In this document: positions 1 to 12,776 of the stretch, piece after piece
How the letters are laid out: every line of letters begins with the position of its first letter
Position numbering within the stretch: position 1 is the stretch's first letter
Origin: Squalus acanthias
Lineage: Eukaryota
DNA: 64,000 nt
Direction: 5' to 3'
Assembly: GCA_030390025.1 (NCBI GenBank)
Contig: CM059432.1
Location: 115,508,001 to 115,572,000, forward strand
The notes under the pieces: generated by a model
What the model saw: the letters and a program-made list of their open reading frames with translations, nothing else
Told to the model about the DNA's origin: nothing
The model's database searches: none
Translations under genes and position numbers: made by a program

Positions 1-214
1 CCACAGCAATCCTCTTCTCACCTCTCTTCCTGTAAACACTATCTATCCCTTTCTCCCAAAGTCTCTATCTCCATTCTATTTGCTTTGCTGACTCTACTTT
101 CTGTACTAAAGCTTCTGAAATGTCCTTTTTCCTGTGACGGGGCCTGTGACCATGTGTGCACCATTTTCCCTGCCTTGGCTCTCATACTCTCTCCCTTCTC
201 ACACATGCCACCTA

Positions 215-648
215 TAGAAACATAGAATCTAGGAGCAGGAGTAGGCCATTCGGCCCGTCGAGCCTGCTCCACCATTCAATACGATCATGGCTGATCATCC
301 AAATCCAGTACCCTGTCCCTGCTTTAATCCCCACAGTACACACATCCCACCCTACCCCCGTAACCCCACGTATTTAATTCCCCCTAACATATCCCATCCT
401 ATCCCCATAACCCCACATATTTAATCCCCCCCTAACACTAAGGGTCAATTTTTTTTTTATCATAGCCAAATCAACCTAACCCGCACATTTTTGGACTGTG
501 GGAGGAAACCGGAGCACCCGGAGGAAACCCACGCAGACACGGGGAGAATGTGCAAACTCCACACAGACAGTCACCCAAGGTCAGATTCGAACCCGGGTCC
601 CTGGCGCTGTGAGGCACCAGTGCTAACCACTATGCCACCGTGTTGCCC
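215..648 (-). mobile_element. tRNA-derived V-SINE (HE1-like), full length, with CR1-type 3' tail
   Basis: The minus strand begins GGGCAACACGGTGGCATAGTGGTTAGC (A box) and has GGTTCGAATC (B box), the V-domain ...GTGGGTTTCCTCCGGGTGCTCCGGTTTCCTCCCACAGTCCAAA, and a tail shared with CR1 3' ends (GGCCTACTCCTGCTCCT...TTCTATGTTTCTA). Confidence 0.85.
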
Positions 649-1049
649 TCTATACATTCTTTTCTTCCCAAACTAGGGTTGCCAAATCTGGTTGGATGTA
701 TTTGTTGAGGTTTCATCACATGACTTCCACCCCCCAACCTGCCCGCCCAAATAGCCTTTCTTCCCCATCGCCAATATTTTTATAAATAAAACAAACAAAA
801 AGTGTTCACAGAAAATGAAAAAAAGCGATTTCTGGACTTCCCTGTTGTTTGCCATTTCAGTATACCTTATTTTTCTATCTACTGGTACCAGATTGACCAT
901 TTGAGTTGGGAGCTGAAACCTAGGTTTCAAGAGGTTTTTGCAACTGGTTGAAAGCTGATAAAATAAAGACTAATATGGTCACATCAAACATGGAAGGGGT
1001 TCTGCTGAATTAATATATTTGTGGGAGATGAAAGAAACTTGTAGCATTT

Positions 1050-1522
1050 GAGGTTCACAAGATTGATCCCTGGGATGAGAGGATTGTCCTATGAGGGCAG
1101 ATTGAGTAGACTAGGCCTATATGCTCTGGAGTTTAGATGAGAGGTGATCTCATTGAAACGCAAGATTCTGAGGGAGATTGACAGGATAGATGCTGAGAGG
1201 TTGTTTCTCCTGGCTGGAGAGTCTAGAACTAGGGGGGCATAGTCTCAGGGTAAAGGGTCAGCCATTTAAGACTGAGATGAGGAGGAATTTCTTCACTCAG
1301 AGGGTTGTAAATCTTTGGAATTCTCTACCCCAAAGGGCTGTGGACGCTGAATCGTTGAGTATGTTCAAGGCTGAGATAGATAGATTTTTGGACTCTAGGG
1401 GAATCAAGGGATATGGAGATCGGGCGGGAAAGTGGAGTTGAGGTTGATGATCAGCCATGATCTTATTGAATGGCGGAGCAGGCTTGAGGGGCCGTATGGC
1501 CTACTCCTGCTCTTACTTCTTA
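1050..1522 (+). mobile_element. CR1 LINE 3' fragment
   Basis: Encodes ...RRNFFTQRVVNLWNSLP..., followed by the CR1 3'UTR (gatcagccatgatcttattgaatggcggagcagg). Confidence 0.88.
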
Positions 1523-1609
1523 AGTTCTTATCACCTCTTAACCTTAACTGCAAGCTCTTTCATCTCAAAAGCTGGCCATGCCTTTTCACGGCTCAGATTT
1601 GTCCTGTGA

Positions 1610-1800
1610 TTTGCTGAGCCATACAGACCAGGCATATTCCATGTTTAAAGCCCAGTCTGTGCTGAGTTAGCCAAACTCAGTCAGGGCAGTGGTTGGAGCA
1701 TTACTGTTGGCCTCAGTGCCATTGGGCCAGAAAAGAGAACAGTAGCTAGGAATCCCTCTTCTGATGGCTATCCAGCACCCGGAACTGTACCCAGTGAGGA
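1610..1800 (+). mobile_element. Old tRNA-derived SINE-like repeat
   Basis: cagacc...cagtctgtgctgagttagcc...ggcctcagtgcc; a related reverse copy at ~16560-16680 (ggctaactcagcacagaccaagg). Family not named. Confidence 0.5.
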
Positions 1801-3082
1801 GTACATACCTTCTGGAAAGACGACAAGGGGAGAAAAATGGGAGAGAAAAGAAGTGTTCCACTCTTGTCCCCAGTCACAATATGTAAACATAATGGACAAT
1901 TCAATCCATGAAACGTAAGCAAAACAAAGCTTGTACTTCATATAATAAAAAAATGGCTTGGGATTATGCATGAAGGATCAAGCATAATCTTTGGTTCAGG
2001 TAGAATGTCAAAGCACTTGGGTTTGTGTGTTTTATCATCCAATCCATTCTTACACAGTACCCAAGAGCTGGTTACCGAGTGACACTAACAGCAACTAGGG
2101 ATCTATTCTTGGAATGAGCCACAATTCATTCAGATCAATGTAACTGAAAAACAATAATTTTGCATTTTTTAATCTGTATTGCTATGAGCGTTATGATCTT
2201 AAAGCCACCCCATCTCCCTGAAAGGTGGTATAATCTTGTAGAACACTTCGATAGGTAGTTCCAGACTGGTCACCTACAAGCACTAGTTTGTTACAAAAAT
2301 GTTTGTTTTATTTTTCTATTACACCCTTTCAGTATTGCCAATTTAAAACTTTTCCAACACTACTGTAATTCTCATTTTACTCAATACATTCCCTCTCAAT
2401 TTCAGTTACAGATGTGACATGAAAGTAAAATGTAGATCTGTACCTAATTGATAATATGCTCAAATCAGTCAATTTATTACTGAGCCGACCAATGGTACAA
2501 CACTGTATAGAATTATGATTTATTATAAAGCTTGTAGAAATATAGATTAAAAAACACAAAAATGTTGTTCTTCAGTGAAGCAGATCTAAATAAATTGTGG
2601 CTTATTCTAAGATTAGTTTCCTAGTCGCAGTTAGTGTCACTCTGTAACTAGCTCTTAGGTGATATGCAAGAGTGGATGGGATGATCAACTATTTTCTCTA
2701 TGAAAGCACTTCTCCGCTACTTGCCATCACCTGAGGTATTGGAAACACACCAGGTGGGTTATTGTGGATCCAAACTAATATTCTACCCCTCTGCAGCACA
2801 GTACACTGGAAGCCCCCCCCATAGATTTTATTCATCAAATAACAAAGGCATATCTAGTCAGGCTATAGTGTAGCCTAATTTTTGAACTGTAGATTTATAT
2901 TTGAATATTTTGGGTACTTCTACAAACTCAATCAAATTTTAGTTAAAATAAGACTTAATAATAGAAAACAATATTATATACAGGGTACAATAGCAAAATA
3001 CTGCGGATGCTGGAAATCTGAAATAACAGAAAACGCTGGAAAAACTCAGCAGGCCAGGCAGCATCCGTGGAGAGAGAAACAG

Positions 3083-3119
3083 AGTTAACATTTCAGGTCG
3101 AAGACCTTTCGTCAGAACT
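3083..3119 (-). ncRNA. Minimal hammerhead ribozyme motif, sense to the DCAF13 pre-mRNA (GAAATGT variant)
   Basis: Reverse complement reads AGTT-CTGACGA-A-AGGTC-TTC-GACCT-GAAA-TGT-T-AACT. Confidence 0.55.
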
Positions 3120-3512
3120 GGAAAAAAAGCAGGAAATGGAACAGATTTTAAAGCAAGTTTAGGGGCTGGGAAATGGAGAAGGGAATGAAAGAACAAAAGG
3201 GAAAGTCTGTGATAGGATGGAAGGCAGGAGAAGTAAAGAGGCATTAAGAGATATTCAAGGCAAAAGGAGATGGTAATGGGACAGGTTAAGAAACGATGGC
3301 TCTAGATGAAGTGTGAATTGCACTGGCAGAATGAAAGACAGCTGCCATGTGGGAGGGGATATCTCCTTGAATTGCCTTGAATATCTCAATGCCTCTTTAC
3401 TTCTCCTGCCTCTCATCCTATCACAGACCTTCCCTTTTGTTCTTTCATCCCCTCCCCCATTTCCCAGCCCCTAAACTTGCTTTAAAATCTGTTCCATTTC
3501 CTGCTTTTTTCC

Positions 3513-3549
3513 AGTTCTGACGAAAGGTCTTCGACCTGAAATGTTAACT
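3513..3549 (+). ncRNA. Minimal hammerhead ribozyme motif (stem III variant GAAATGT)
   Basis: AGTT-CTGACGA-A-AGGTC-TTC-GACCT-GAAA-TGT-T-AACT. Confidence 0.55.
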
Positions 3550-3653
3550 CTATTTCTCTCTCCATGGATGCTGCCTGGCCTGCTGAGTTTTTCCAGCGTT
3601 TTCTGTTATTATATACAGGGTGTTGGGTCACAGGATAGTTATTTGAAACATAC

Positions 3654-3817
3654 TTTCTGCGTCGTGCTTCCCTCATGATGCGGAGTTCCTTGGACTGGTT
3701 GTAAATCATTTTAGGCAAATGACGGTGACGGGCTATACGTTTGATGTGAGGATGGTGCTGGAATTTTTCTTGAAGTTTTTGGCTGTAGTTCAAAGAAGCC
3801 TTCTCTCTTGGTGCAAG
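3654..3817 (-). CDS. DCAF13: DCAF13 coding exon (probable exon 10, Sof1 domain), 164 nt
   Basis: ctgctttag|CTTGCA...AGAAA|gtatgt; encodes LAPREKASLNYSQKLQEKFQHHPHIKRIARHRHLPKMIYNQSKELRIMREARRR(K). Phase 0/2. Confidence 0.97.
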
Positions 3818-5184
3818 CTAAAGCAGCAAAATAAATGGTATTAATGCATCTAAATACTTTAATTACATTATTCAAGAACACAAAATACAATTAAGTTCTT
3901 CAGATTTGGATTTTCAAGCTTCATGTCCCTTCTACACCACTGAATTTTTAAAAATTACTAATATTTATCAGCATTAATATTCCTTGCAATGTAACTTTAT
4001 CAATATGAAATATTATTTAGTACTTCAGTAATATCAAACATTTCCCCCATGGTAGCATACTTAATTATCGGTTATTTGGATTAAAACCAGTAAAAGCAAA
4101 TCTTAAGGAAAAGTTGGAATACAAACTGAACCAAAGAAAATAAACTCAATTTGCTTATTGTAAGGATGTCTAATCAAAGTTAAACATTAACAGCATTTAA
4201 TTGTGTAACTATAAGGGACCATTTTAAAATAAAATTATCTCTTGCCTTTTCCCAGCAACAATTATGTAAAAACCAATTAAAATGGTGAAATGCCATGCCA
4301 GGGCAGTACTTTAGAGATTACACTTTACATCGTCCAAACAAACAAAATGATTTAAAAGTTTTTAAAAAATCCATGAACAAAAAAAACTGCGAAATCTCTT
4401 AAATCTTCAGTTTTATAAAGGATGGTTTAAAAAGGAACCACACGGAATTTTTGTCAAGTGTGAGAAATTTAAAAAGATGCATTGATAAAATGAATTGCAG
4501 CCTCAATAGGCAACAGTGGCATACTGATGTATTTACACACAGATGAAATTTTAATGAGCAATTCATCAAATGAACATTAGTATTCTTTTTATACCCATAA
4601 CAGACCACAGAATATTGGTGGGGTGGGGGGGGGGGGAAGAGAAATGAAAAGACCAAAAGGAAATATTGAAAGTGTGTGGTCCAGTAGTGGGCTACTGTTG
4701 CCACAGGAGGCAAAAGATGACCATATAAACACTTTGAATGTCTAATGAACAAACCCTCTCCAATCCAGGTGGGCAACATTTCAGCTCAAAATGTTTTTTA
4801 GCGCTGAACTAAAATCGCTGAAATCACTGAATGTTCCCAATTCTGTAGAAATGTTATAAGCACACATCAGATTATGGAGATTCAGAATGAATCAAATGGC
4901 TAAGAAGCATTCTTGCTGTTTGAGGAAGAATGTAAATAGCTGGGGTTTGGAAGAGAGGAGAATAAATAGGAAATAATACGAGTGTTAGAATTGATTTGGG
5001 CTGGGTGGTACTCAAGAGAGGGACATGCTGTGCTGAAAGGATTCAGAAATTAATTTGCAGTCCAGTGCCTAAATATTGTTACAAAGCAGTTAATGGCAAT
5101 GTTCCATTTTCCAATTTGTAAAGTTCACAACAGCTTATTTGGCAATATAAATTTGGAGCTGATAAGCTTGACAATTCCAACACG

Positions 5185-5510
5185 GTCTTAGTCAGCCTCC
5201 CATCCTTCACCATCAGCAAACTTCAGCTCATCCAAACTCCTGCACCAATTCCCTCTCACCCATCACTCCTGCGCTCACTCAACCACATTAGCATCCGAAA
5301 CCCCAGCACTTCAAATTTAAAATTTTGAACCTTGTGTTTAAATCCCTTTAAGGCCTCATCCTTCCCCATCTGTAATTTTCTCCAGTTTACACAACTCTAC
5401 CCAACCTCTCTGCTCCTCTGACTCTGTCCGCCCTCCTTTTACCTCACCACTGGAAGACGTGCCTTCAGCTGCCAAGATCCCATGCTCTGGAATTCCCTCC
5501 TTAATCCCCA
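5185..5510 (+). mobile_element. Degraded L2 LINE 3' fragment
   Basis: aaacttcagctcatccaaact...gccttcagctgccaag...ctctggaattccctcc, resembling the better L2 copies in the window. Confidence 0.7.
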
Positions 5511-5517
5511 TCACCTC

Positions 5518-5832
5518 TACAGTACTGAGGGAATGCTGCACTGTTGGAGGTGCTGTCTTTTGGATGAGATGCCTGTCGTCCTCGGATGGGTGTAAAAGGC
5601 TGGGGAGTTCTTCTGGTGTCTGGCCAATATTTATCACTCAACCAACATCACTAAAACAGATCATCTGGTCATGTATCTCATTACTGTTTGTAAGACCTGG
5701 CTGTGCACAAATTGGATGCTGCATTTCCCTACATTACAACAATGACTACACTTCAAAAGTACTTCTTTGGCTTTAAAATGCTTTGGGACGTCCTGAGGTT
5801 GTGAAAGACGCTATATAAATGCAAGTCCTTTC
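5518..5832 (+). mobile_element. Deu-domain SINE (SacSINE1-like), 5'-truncated
   Basis: cagtactgagggaatgctgcactgttggaggtgctgtcttttggatgagatg...gctgtgcacaaattggatgctgc...tail gctatataaatgcaagt. Confidence 0.75.
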
Positions 5833-8319
5833 TTTTATATAACAAAACATCACAAGGCAGGGATGGGTTGGACCCCAAACAGGAAAAGGATGAGATTAGG
5901 GGATGTGAAGTAGGGTTGGAAAAGACAGAGGATGTTGGAGGAGAGGTGATGGAGAGTTATTTCGGAATTAATGAGGATTTTAAAACTGATAGGCTGAGGG
6001 CATGGGGACCAATGAAGGTCGATGCTGATGGGTATGGTAGGGAGTGCAGCACTTGGTACAAGACAGAGTACCAGCAGCCAAGTTATGGATGAGTTGGAGG
6101 AGATTATTTAAAGGCTGCAGGGAGAATCCTAGAGATCAAGGCTAAGGTATAATGGCATGGATGAAGATTTCAATGACAGTTGGGGTGAGGTAGGGACATG
6201 GGCTACAGATGTTAGTTGAAGGTTTAAAAAAACCAGAATGCATTAAAAATCATAAATCTACTCCATTATATTAGAAAACTTCAGAATTTGAAGTACTGCA
6301 TCAGTTTCACTTCAGACGAAGGTAGAATAGCGCAAAACTTTCTGGCTACCACACCTAACCCATTTTTGAGTCTTCCACCAGATAATGCAATATTCAAGAT
6401 GGAAAACTGTATACCACTTAGTGACGAGGCATTAGTTAGACATGCCATAGAGGCCAAAGATGTTTTTAAATGGTGGGATGATGGCAGCTGTTTTATAGGG
6501 GGGGGGGGGGGGGGGGGAGGGGGGTGCAACAATTCCCGAGGAAGCTCAGTATCATCAGAAGGTATTGGGCTGAGGAAATTTGTTGAGTATTGAGGAATGC
6601 ATTGAGGGAGCAGGCAGAGGGGTCTCAGACGATAGGAGTCTGATGGGCGCTGGTGAGGGGAGGGAGATATTGGAGAAATTTCAGAGCTTTGTAGGTGAGG
6701 GAGGGTTGGCACACCTTAGAGGCTGGAGGAGGCAGAGGGCTGAGCAGAAAGCCTAGTGATAATACAGCATTATCACTGGCTTGTTGTTTGTGGCACAGTC
6801 TCAGGAAATGTATATACTGCCAGTTGCAACTCAGGACAGTTCAGTGTTAAACTGTATACACTACCATGTAGATATGAAGTATTTTACAAAATGTTCTTTA
6901 AAAATAGAAATCTAATATAGACTGTCTCATGAGGGTTACTTAAAATTTATACTGAAATAAATATTCTTGTAACATAACAGATTCCATTTCCTCCAAGTCT
7001 GTTGAACGGATAGATGTATTATTAGCCGAACATGTCTGTCACTGCACTTTGGTGTCTCAGGGTGTGGATGGTTGAGAATGCAAAGCTGCAATCTGCTAGA
7101 AAATAATTTTAATTTTAAAATTATATTTTAAAATGTTTTTTTCTTCTTTAATTGTTGATGGCAGAAATGCAATATTCGCGATTCCATAACCAATCATGCT
7201 ACTTACGGCATACAACTCCCTTAAGTGGCAATAACTTAATAATAAGTATCAACTCAAAGATTTTAAATACATTTTTAAAGTCAGGACACTAAACACAGGA
7301 GATTAAATAGACTGCATTTTAATTGCAATTAAATTTACTCTTTAAAAAGTTAAGTCTTACAGCAGCTGAGTGAAAATGGGCCGAAGGATATGACAGTGAA
7401 ATGTTTATTAGTAGGTTATCAAAAGTTAAAAATGTGATTGTTTAATTCCAATGTTCAATGTGCTTGAAATACTTCATTTGTTAATTTCAAATCAAAGATC
7501 AAGACCACTTTTTGAAGAACTGGAGTATGCAGATGAGAATAAGACGTCATTCACTAGTAATGCTTATCCGTGGAGTCCACTTAACTTAGCTTGACATAAC
7601 TCAGCATTTCATTCTCAGTAATTAAAATGCATCTAAACAAAAATATTGTAGCTTTCACCATATGTTCCTGTACATCGAATCTACAACTACAAATACATCA
7701 CCACAGAACTGTCTCGCAAGCAAGCATGGATACTTGTGGAATAAACTCTGTATCTGGGTGATGACTTAAGATATTTAATATATTTACATATTAATAAGGT
7801 ACCAAAAAAATCCAGATTAAATTACTGATGCCTTTTAATTTTGATCAAATGTCACCATCACTATCATTACCTTTTACCCGCAATATTGTTCTTCACCTCT
7901 CAATTGTATTCTGAACAGTAAGGAAGAAAAATTGTTTTACAAATATAAAACTTAAGAATGAGTTAATGGGTGGAGTTTCAACTTTTGAGCTTGGCTGACC
8001 ACTTCTTAGGTGAACTTTCTCCCAGGCATTAATTAGTCTATATGTTTCCTACTGCTACAAAAATCATTCTTCCTTTTACGATTAATAATGAATTGAGTTT
8101 GTGAACATTTTTCTTGGAAATACCAATTTTGCACCATTAACACAATATGCACATTATTGTGGTTATCTACCATACATCAAGTTAACTGCACACCACATAA
8201 CTTTTAATAATTCCCCACAGGTACTTAAATACAGCAATAAAGAACCTTGTAAATAGAGAGAAAAAAAATGCATCTCATCCAAGCCTTTAGTCCATTTATT
8301 TTTGCTTCCTTTTTTGTGC

Positions 8320-9682
8320 TCAAGAGGAGGTACATCAATCTTCCTTGAACAGAGGCCCAACCAGTCCCCATCCACCACCACGTCTCTTAATTCCTTACTT
8401 CCTCCAAATAAAAGGTGTTGCTATGGAAACCCGTATGCATCCTAGCTATGCCTGCCTTTTTGAGAGATATGTGGAGCACTCTTTTTTTTTTCCAGTCTTA
8501 CTCCGGTTCCCTCCCTCACCTCTTTTCCCCATACTTGATGACTGTGTTGGTGCCACTTCCTGCTCTCGCTCCGAATTGGAAAATGATCAACTTTGCTTCC
8601 AATTTCCAACCCTCACTCGCCTTCACATGTTCGATCCCTGATTCTTCCATTCCCTTCCTCGACTTCTCTATCTCCATTTTTGGGGATAGGCTATCCACCG
8701 ATATCAACTATAAGCCCACCGACTCCCATACCTACCTGGATGACCGTGCCCGTCCCATTTTCTGCACTTCTGTCTTCACCCCTTCCACTCTCTCCCAGAA
8801 CCACAATAGGGTCCCTCTTGTCCTCCCCTCCAGCCTCCACATTCAACAGATCATCCTCTACCATTGCCACCACCAAACACATCTTCTCCCCGCCTCCCCA
8901 TTCAGCATTCCAACGGGACCGCTCCCTTCACAACACCCTGGTCCACTCTCATCACACTCAACACCCGCTGCCCTTCTCCCGGCACCTTCCCATGCAAGCG
9001 CAGGAGATGCAACATCTGCCCTTTCACCTCCTCCCTTCCCACCGTCAAAGGGCCCCAAACACTCCTTCTGGATGAAACAGTGATTTACTTGTACTTCGTC
9101 CAATTTAATATACTGTATTCACTACTTACGATGTGGTCTCCTCCTCACTGGAGAGACCAAAAGCAGATTGGGTGATCACTTTGCTCAACATCTCAGTTCA
9201 GTCCACAAACGTGACCCTGAGCTTCTTGTCGCTTGCCATTTTAATTAACAACTTGTATTTTTATAGCGCCTTTAACGTAGTAAAACGTCCCAAGGCACTT
9301 CACTCCCACTCTGCCCTCAGCCTCCTACACTGTTCCAATGAAGGTCAAAGCAAGCTTGAAGAACAGCATCTCATTTTTTGATTAGGCACTTCACAGCTTT
9401 CCAGCCTCAACACGGAGTTCAACATCTTCAGATTATAACCACTGATCCTATTTTCTCGGACAGCAGGTGCTGATAATGGTTATGGTTTTGCTGCAACCAT
9501 TTATATCTCCTATGGACCCTTACTGTCCCATTACCACCCCCTTTTGCGCTGCACCATCATCCCTTTTGTTACTTAATCGCTGCTGCCCTCCACCCTATCG
9601 CAGACCTTCCTTTCTGTTCTTTCCTACTGTCCCCACTTTTTCTCCATGCTCTGTACTTGCTTATAAACGGTTAAATCTCTAA
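8320..9682 (+). mobile_element. Penelope-like element remnant (RT plus GIY-YIG endonuclease), frameshifted
   Basis: Fragments GVAMETRMHPSYACLF, PFLD...STDINYKPTDSHTYLD, CKRRRCNICP and KLEEQHLIF are typical of Penelope/Poseidon ORFs. Confidence 0.85.
9247..9303 (-). mobile_element. Very short L2 3' tail inserted in the Penelope element
   Basis: Reverse complement of the L2 end seen at ~26245-26303 (gtgaagtgccttgggacgttt...aaggcgct...aaatacaagttgtt). Confidence 0.75.
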
Positions 9683-9685
9683 CAT

Positions 9686-10148
9686 CATAGAATCACAGAA
9701 TGATACAGCACAGAAGGAGACCATTCGGCCTATCATGCCCGTGCCAGCTAAAGCACATCTATCCAATTAGTCCCACTCCCCATAGCCATGTCAATTTTAT
9801 CCCTTCAAGTATTTATTAAATTCCCATTTGAAAGTTACTTTTGAATCTGCTTCTACCATCCTTTCAGGCAGTGCATTCCAGATCACAACAACTCGCTGTG
9901 TAAAAAAATGTTTCCTCATGCCGCCTCTGGTTCTTTTGCCAATCACCTTAAATCTGTGTCCTCTGGTTACTGACCCTTCTGTCACTGGAAACATCAAAAC
10001 TGTTCAAGATTTTGAACACCTCTATCAAATCTCCTCTTAACCTTCTCTGCTCTAAGGAGAACCACAGCTTCTCCAGTCTTTCCATATAACTGAAGTCCCT
10101 CATCCCTGGTACCATTCTAGTAAATCTCCTCTGCACCCTCTCCAAAAC
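9686..10148 (-). mobile_element. CR1 LINE 3' fragment
   Basis: LERVQRRFTRMVPG...TRGHRFKV...FFTQRVV; tail ...attctatg. Confidence 0.88.
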
Positions 10149-11433
10149 CATATTATTAGGCTCAATGCAATCGAGGTAATGTTAAACCTGCCAAGCAAAA
10201 AGCCAAATCATTTTACCCTAATTAAATTACGGCCTTCACTTTTACACCTCAATCAATGAGGAGTTCCAACTTCCATTACCAGTTAAATAAATGTATCAAG
10301 CTTCATCCAGTCAAGTTCATTTTCCTAAGCCTGCCTAAATAGCTGCCTCTATCTTAATAAATCCCTGTCTCACTCTTTTTACTGAAAACTGTCAAAGCAA
10401 TCTAAATTGCAAGGGCTTTTATTATAATTAAAAGCAATGATTTTCTTTAATTCAATTTATTTAAGAAGAGCAAATTGCTGCTGATCTAGTACAACTGCAA
10501 TGCTTCCCTAGACAAAAAATAAGTATAGTGAAGTAATTTATGAAAGCCGTCAAAATATGGGCAACCAAATGGGAGTTTTTCGCTGGATAATCAGTAGATT
10601 ACCAGGTCAGAAAATCTGCCAGAATGCGGAAGGGAATATCATGCAGGTATATTTCTCACTGTTATTACATACACCAATTGTAAGTCAATCACAGTTATGG
10701 TTTTAAGACTTCTGTCATTCCATTCAGGCAAACCTGCACTTCGACAAGTGTTTAAAAGGAAACTTGATCCAAAAAAAAAATCCATCCTACAAAGTTGTCA
10801 GTCTGTCATTTATTTTTTGGGTGGGAGGAGAATTCTAAACAACACACATTTGCAGAGTGCTTCTCACGTAATAAAACATTCTGAGGTGCTTTACAGGGAG
10901 ATAATGGACATCAAGCAGGAAGCAAGAGAGAAATTATGGAAGGTGATGGACAGTATAGTCAAGAGTTAAATTTTGAGGCAGAGAAAGATTTCAAGATGAA
11001 GAGAAATTCCAGAAGTACTGTGGCTCAAACTCTGCCATGCCTGGTAGAGCAAATAGGTGTGGGGAAGATATACACAGTATATCAGAGTCAAAGAGTGGAA
11101 GGTGCAAGCTGGGACATCGGGCTCGAGTAAGTTGCAATTACATTACCACTGGCTCCCATGCAGACTTAGTTTCAGCAATATATCCACAAATATTTTTTTT
11201 TTAAACTCTTATTCTCCATGTGAAGGCTTGAAATACTTGAGCACTGCTTTCATTGCAATTTTATATCCAGTTGTATCCTCTCTCGATTTAATTGTCTTTT
11301 CTCTTTGCTCCTATTCACAAATCTAGCCGGGTAAGACTATATGCTTGGTTGCTACCCCACAAAACTAGGATTGAGCAGGATTTTACTTTAGTCTTGAGAG
11401 CATGAAGCTACTATAACCACCAGTAAATAACTA

Positions 11434-11742
11434 AAATAACAACAGAAAGCGCTGGAAAAACTCAGCAGGCCAGGCAACATCCGTGGAGAGAGAAACAGAG
11501 TTAACGTTTCAGGTCGAAGACCCTTCGTCAGAACGGAGAAAAAAGCAGGAAATGAAACAGATGAAAAAGCAAGTTTGTAGGCTGGGCGAGGGAATAAAAG
11601 AACAAAAGGGGAGGTCTGTGAGAAGTAAAGAGACATTAAGAGATACTCAAGGTGAGACGAAATGGTAATAGGACAGGTTAAGAAACAAAAGATGGCTCTA
11701 GAAGTGTGAAATGCGCTGGCAGAATGAAAGACAGCTGCCATG
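11434..11742 (-). mobile_element. Penelope-pLTR-derived short element
   Basis: Highly similar to 3023-3350. Confidence 0.8.
11499..11535 (-). ncRNA. Minimal hammerhead ribozyme motif with intact palindromic ACGT stem III, sense to DCAF13
   Basis: Reverse complement reads CGTT-CTGACGA-A-GGGTC-TTC-GACCT-GAAAC-GT-T-AACT. Confidence 0.62.
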
Positions 11743-11744
11743 TG

Positions 11745-12776
11745 AATCACCTGCAATGGCTTCTCTTACTGCTCCCGCACTGTTACTTCCAGAGTCCTCC
11801 AAGGATCCTTGGCCCCTTCCCATTTCACATCTACACATTGCCCGTTGGCGACATCATCAGAAAACACGTCAGGTTCCACATGTACGCTGACGACACCCAG
11901 CTCTACCTCACCACTGCCTCTCTCGACCCCACCACCACCTCTGATTTGTCATGCTGCTTGTCCTACATCCAGTATTGGATGAGCAGAAAATTAAATATTG
12001 GGAAGAACGAAGCCATTGTCTTCGGTCCCCACACAAACTCCGTTCCCTCGCCACCGACTGAGGCTGAACCTGGCTGTTAACAACCTTGGCATCCTATTTG
12101 ACCCTGAGCTGAGCTTCCGACCCCATACCCTCTCCATCACCAAGGCTGCCTACTTCCACCTCTGTAACATCGCCAATCTCCGCCCCACCTCAGCTCATCT
12201 GCTGCTGAAATCTTCATCCATGCACTTGTTACCTCAGGACTCGACAATTGCAATGCTCTCCTGGCCAGCCTCCCACCTTGCACCCTCTGTAAACTTGAGC
12301 TCATCCAAAACTCTTCTGCTCATATCCTAACCCGATCACCCCTGTGCTCGCTGACCTACATTGGCTCCCGGTCGGGCAATACCTTGATTTTAAAATTTTC
12401 ATCTTTGTTTTGCAATCCCTCCGTGGCCATACCCCGCCCTATCTCTAACCTCCCCCAGCCCTACAACTCTTCGAGATCTTTGCTCTCCTCCAATTCTGGC
12501 CTCTTGCACATCCCTGATTTTCTTTGCTCCACCATTGGTGGCCGCGCCTTCAGGTGTCAAGGACCTAAGCTCTGGAATTCCCTCCCTAAACCTCCCTGCC
12601 TCTCTCTCCTACTTTAAGACACTCCTTAAAACCTACCTCTTTCACCAAGCTTTTGGTCACCTGTTCTAATATCTTTCGGTGGCTCGGTGTCAAATGTTGT
12701 TTAATAATTGCTCCTGCGAAGCGCCTTGGGACGTTTTACTATGTTAAAGACACGATATAAATGCAAGTTGTTGTTG
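11745..12776 (+). mobile_element. L2 LINE 3' portion
   Basis: FHMYADDTQLY (RT catalytic motif), IGGRAF...PKLWNSLP; ends in ataaatgcaagttgttgttg. Confidence 0.9.

Larger units (their letters stand above)
2987..3606. mobile_element. Fold-back Penelope-pLTR-derived element (two inverted ~240 bp arms)
   Basis: Arm ~3023-3263 is the reverse complement of arm ~3372-3610. Direct repeat TATTATATACAGGGT at 2972-2986 and 3607-3621. Confidence 0.85.

Noticed and set aside
580..648. tRNA gene
   Set aside because: The A/B boxes belong to a SINE head that continues into a V-domain; there is no complete cloverleaf.
673..930. DCAF13 terminal exon
   Set aside because: No resemblance to the expected C-terminus (recalled human ...EVNRIKHSKPGSVP...). 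The last exon probably lies before position 1.
6281..6712. Poly-Pro / poly-Gly ORFs
   Set aside because: They arise from a G homopolymer at ~6498-6524 and have no recognisable domain or splice context.
7758..7828. C/D box snoRNA (GTGATGA...CTGA)
   Set aside because: It is antisense to the host gene, has no convincing terminal stem, and its AT-rich interior has no recognisable rRNA guide.
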